Shown here piece by piece: positions 51,157 through 51,468 of a DNA stretch of 51,468 bases; the stretch's first letter is position 1; each line of letters starts with the position of its first letter. Below the pieces are notes generated by a model that was not told the origin of the DNA, did not search any database, and saw nothing but the letters and a program-made list of their open reading frames with translations. The position numbers were made by a program, and so were the translations under genes. Origin of the DNA: a bacterium. Lineage in GTDB: Bacteria; Patescibacteriota; Minisyncoccia; Minisyncoccales; RBG-13-42-11. The stretch covers positions 1 through 51,468 of the forward strand of contig JAUSLA010000015.1 of NCBI GenBank assembly GCA_030646565.1. Reading direction: 5' to 3'.

Positions 51157-51468
51157 ATGTCTGATAAAATCAATGAATTCAATATCGTTATTGTCGGAGT
51201 CGGAGGCCAAGGGCTTTTAACTATTCTGCAGATTATTGCAGAAGCCGCCCTTTTGGAAGGTTATAAAGTAAGGACTTCCGAGCTTCACGGGCTGGCTCAA
51301 AGGGGAGGGTCAGTAGAGGTTCATATTAGGTTTGGAAAGCAAATTTTCTCTCCGTTGGTTCCGGCTCAAAAAGCAGACTTGATAATGGCTTTGGAAATGC
51401 AGGAAGCTCTTCGCGGAAGATATTTTGCAAACGCAAAAACGAAATTTATGGTGAATAAGTATGTTATA
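51157..51468 (+). CDS. iorB: Indolepyruvate oxidoreductase beta subunit-like, 3'-truncated by the window edge
   Basis: The frame is open from ATG 51157 to the end of the window, which is why it is absent from the ORF track (no stop codon). It encodes NIVIVGVGGQGLLT...ELHGLAQRGGSV. Confidence 0.7.
   Translation, partial: MSDKINEFNIVIVGVGGQGLLTILQIIAEAALLEGYKVRTSELHGLAQRGGSVEVHIRFGKQIFSPLVPAQKADLIMALEMQEALRGRYFANAKTKFMVNKYVI

Overview
This is an AT-rich, gene-dense bacterial chromosome segment. From composition, gene content and protein idiosyncrasies it looks like a small-genome Candidate Phyla Radiation (Patescibacteria-like) organism; this is inference, since no database search was possible. 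About 50 CDS are supported, and nearly all are housekeeping genes. They include iscR-iscS-iscU, gpmA-eno-trxB, nnrD, ftsZ, an FKBP isomerase, ychF, typA, a DEAD-box helicase, infC-rpmI-rplT and ssrA (tmRNA) beside smpB. Five aminoacyl-tRNA synthetases are present (argS, ileS, glyQS, metG, leuS), along with recO, rsmI, tatD, MTAP, glmS and iorAB. The left 3.4 kb looks GC-richer by eye and accessory: a RhuM/Res chimeric remnant, an NYN nuclease-fold protein and a PIF1-like helicase. A RelE-type toxin-antitoxin pair sits at the 3' end of glyQS, next to a displaced copy of that gene end. The most unusual content is not a gene cluster but two families of short palindromic elements. Family A is a ~55-nt two-hairpin unit seen at 30 or more loci. 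It fills operon spacers, forms element-only tracts and sits in frame inside essential genes (ileS, leuS, metG, tatD, ftsZ, trxB). Family B is a 36-40-nt CCCCG...CGGGGCAAG hairpin. It is in frame in MTAP, and at tatD and leuS it is embedded in a duplicated copy of the gene's first codons. In both cases this makes a 28-codon upstream ORF whose stop overlaps the real start codon. An unassigned ~190-nt structured RNA with a near-consensus promoter and an intrinsic terminator lies at about 14.1-14.3 kb. All coordinates and motifs were read by eye, so boundaries of repeats and RNAs are approximate.
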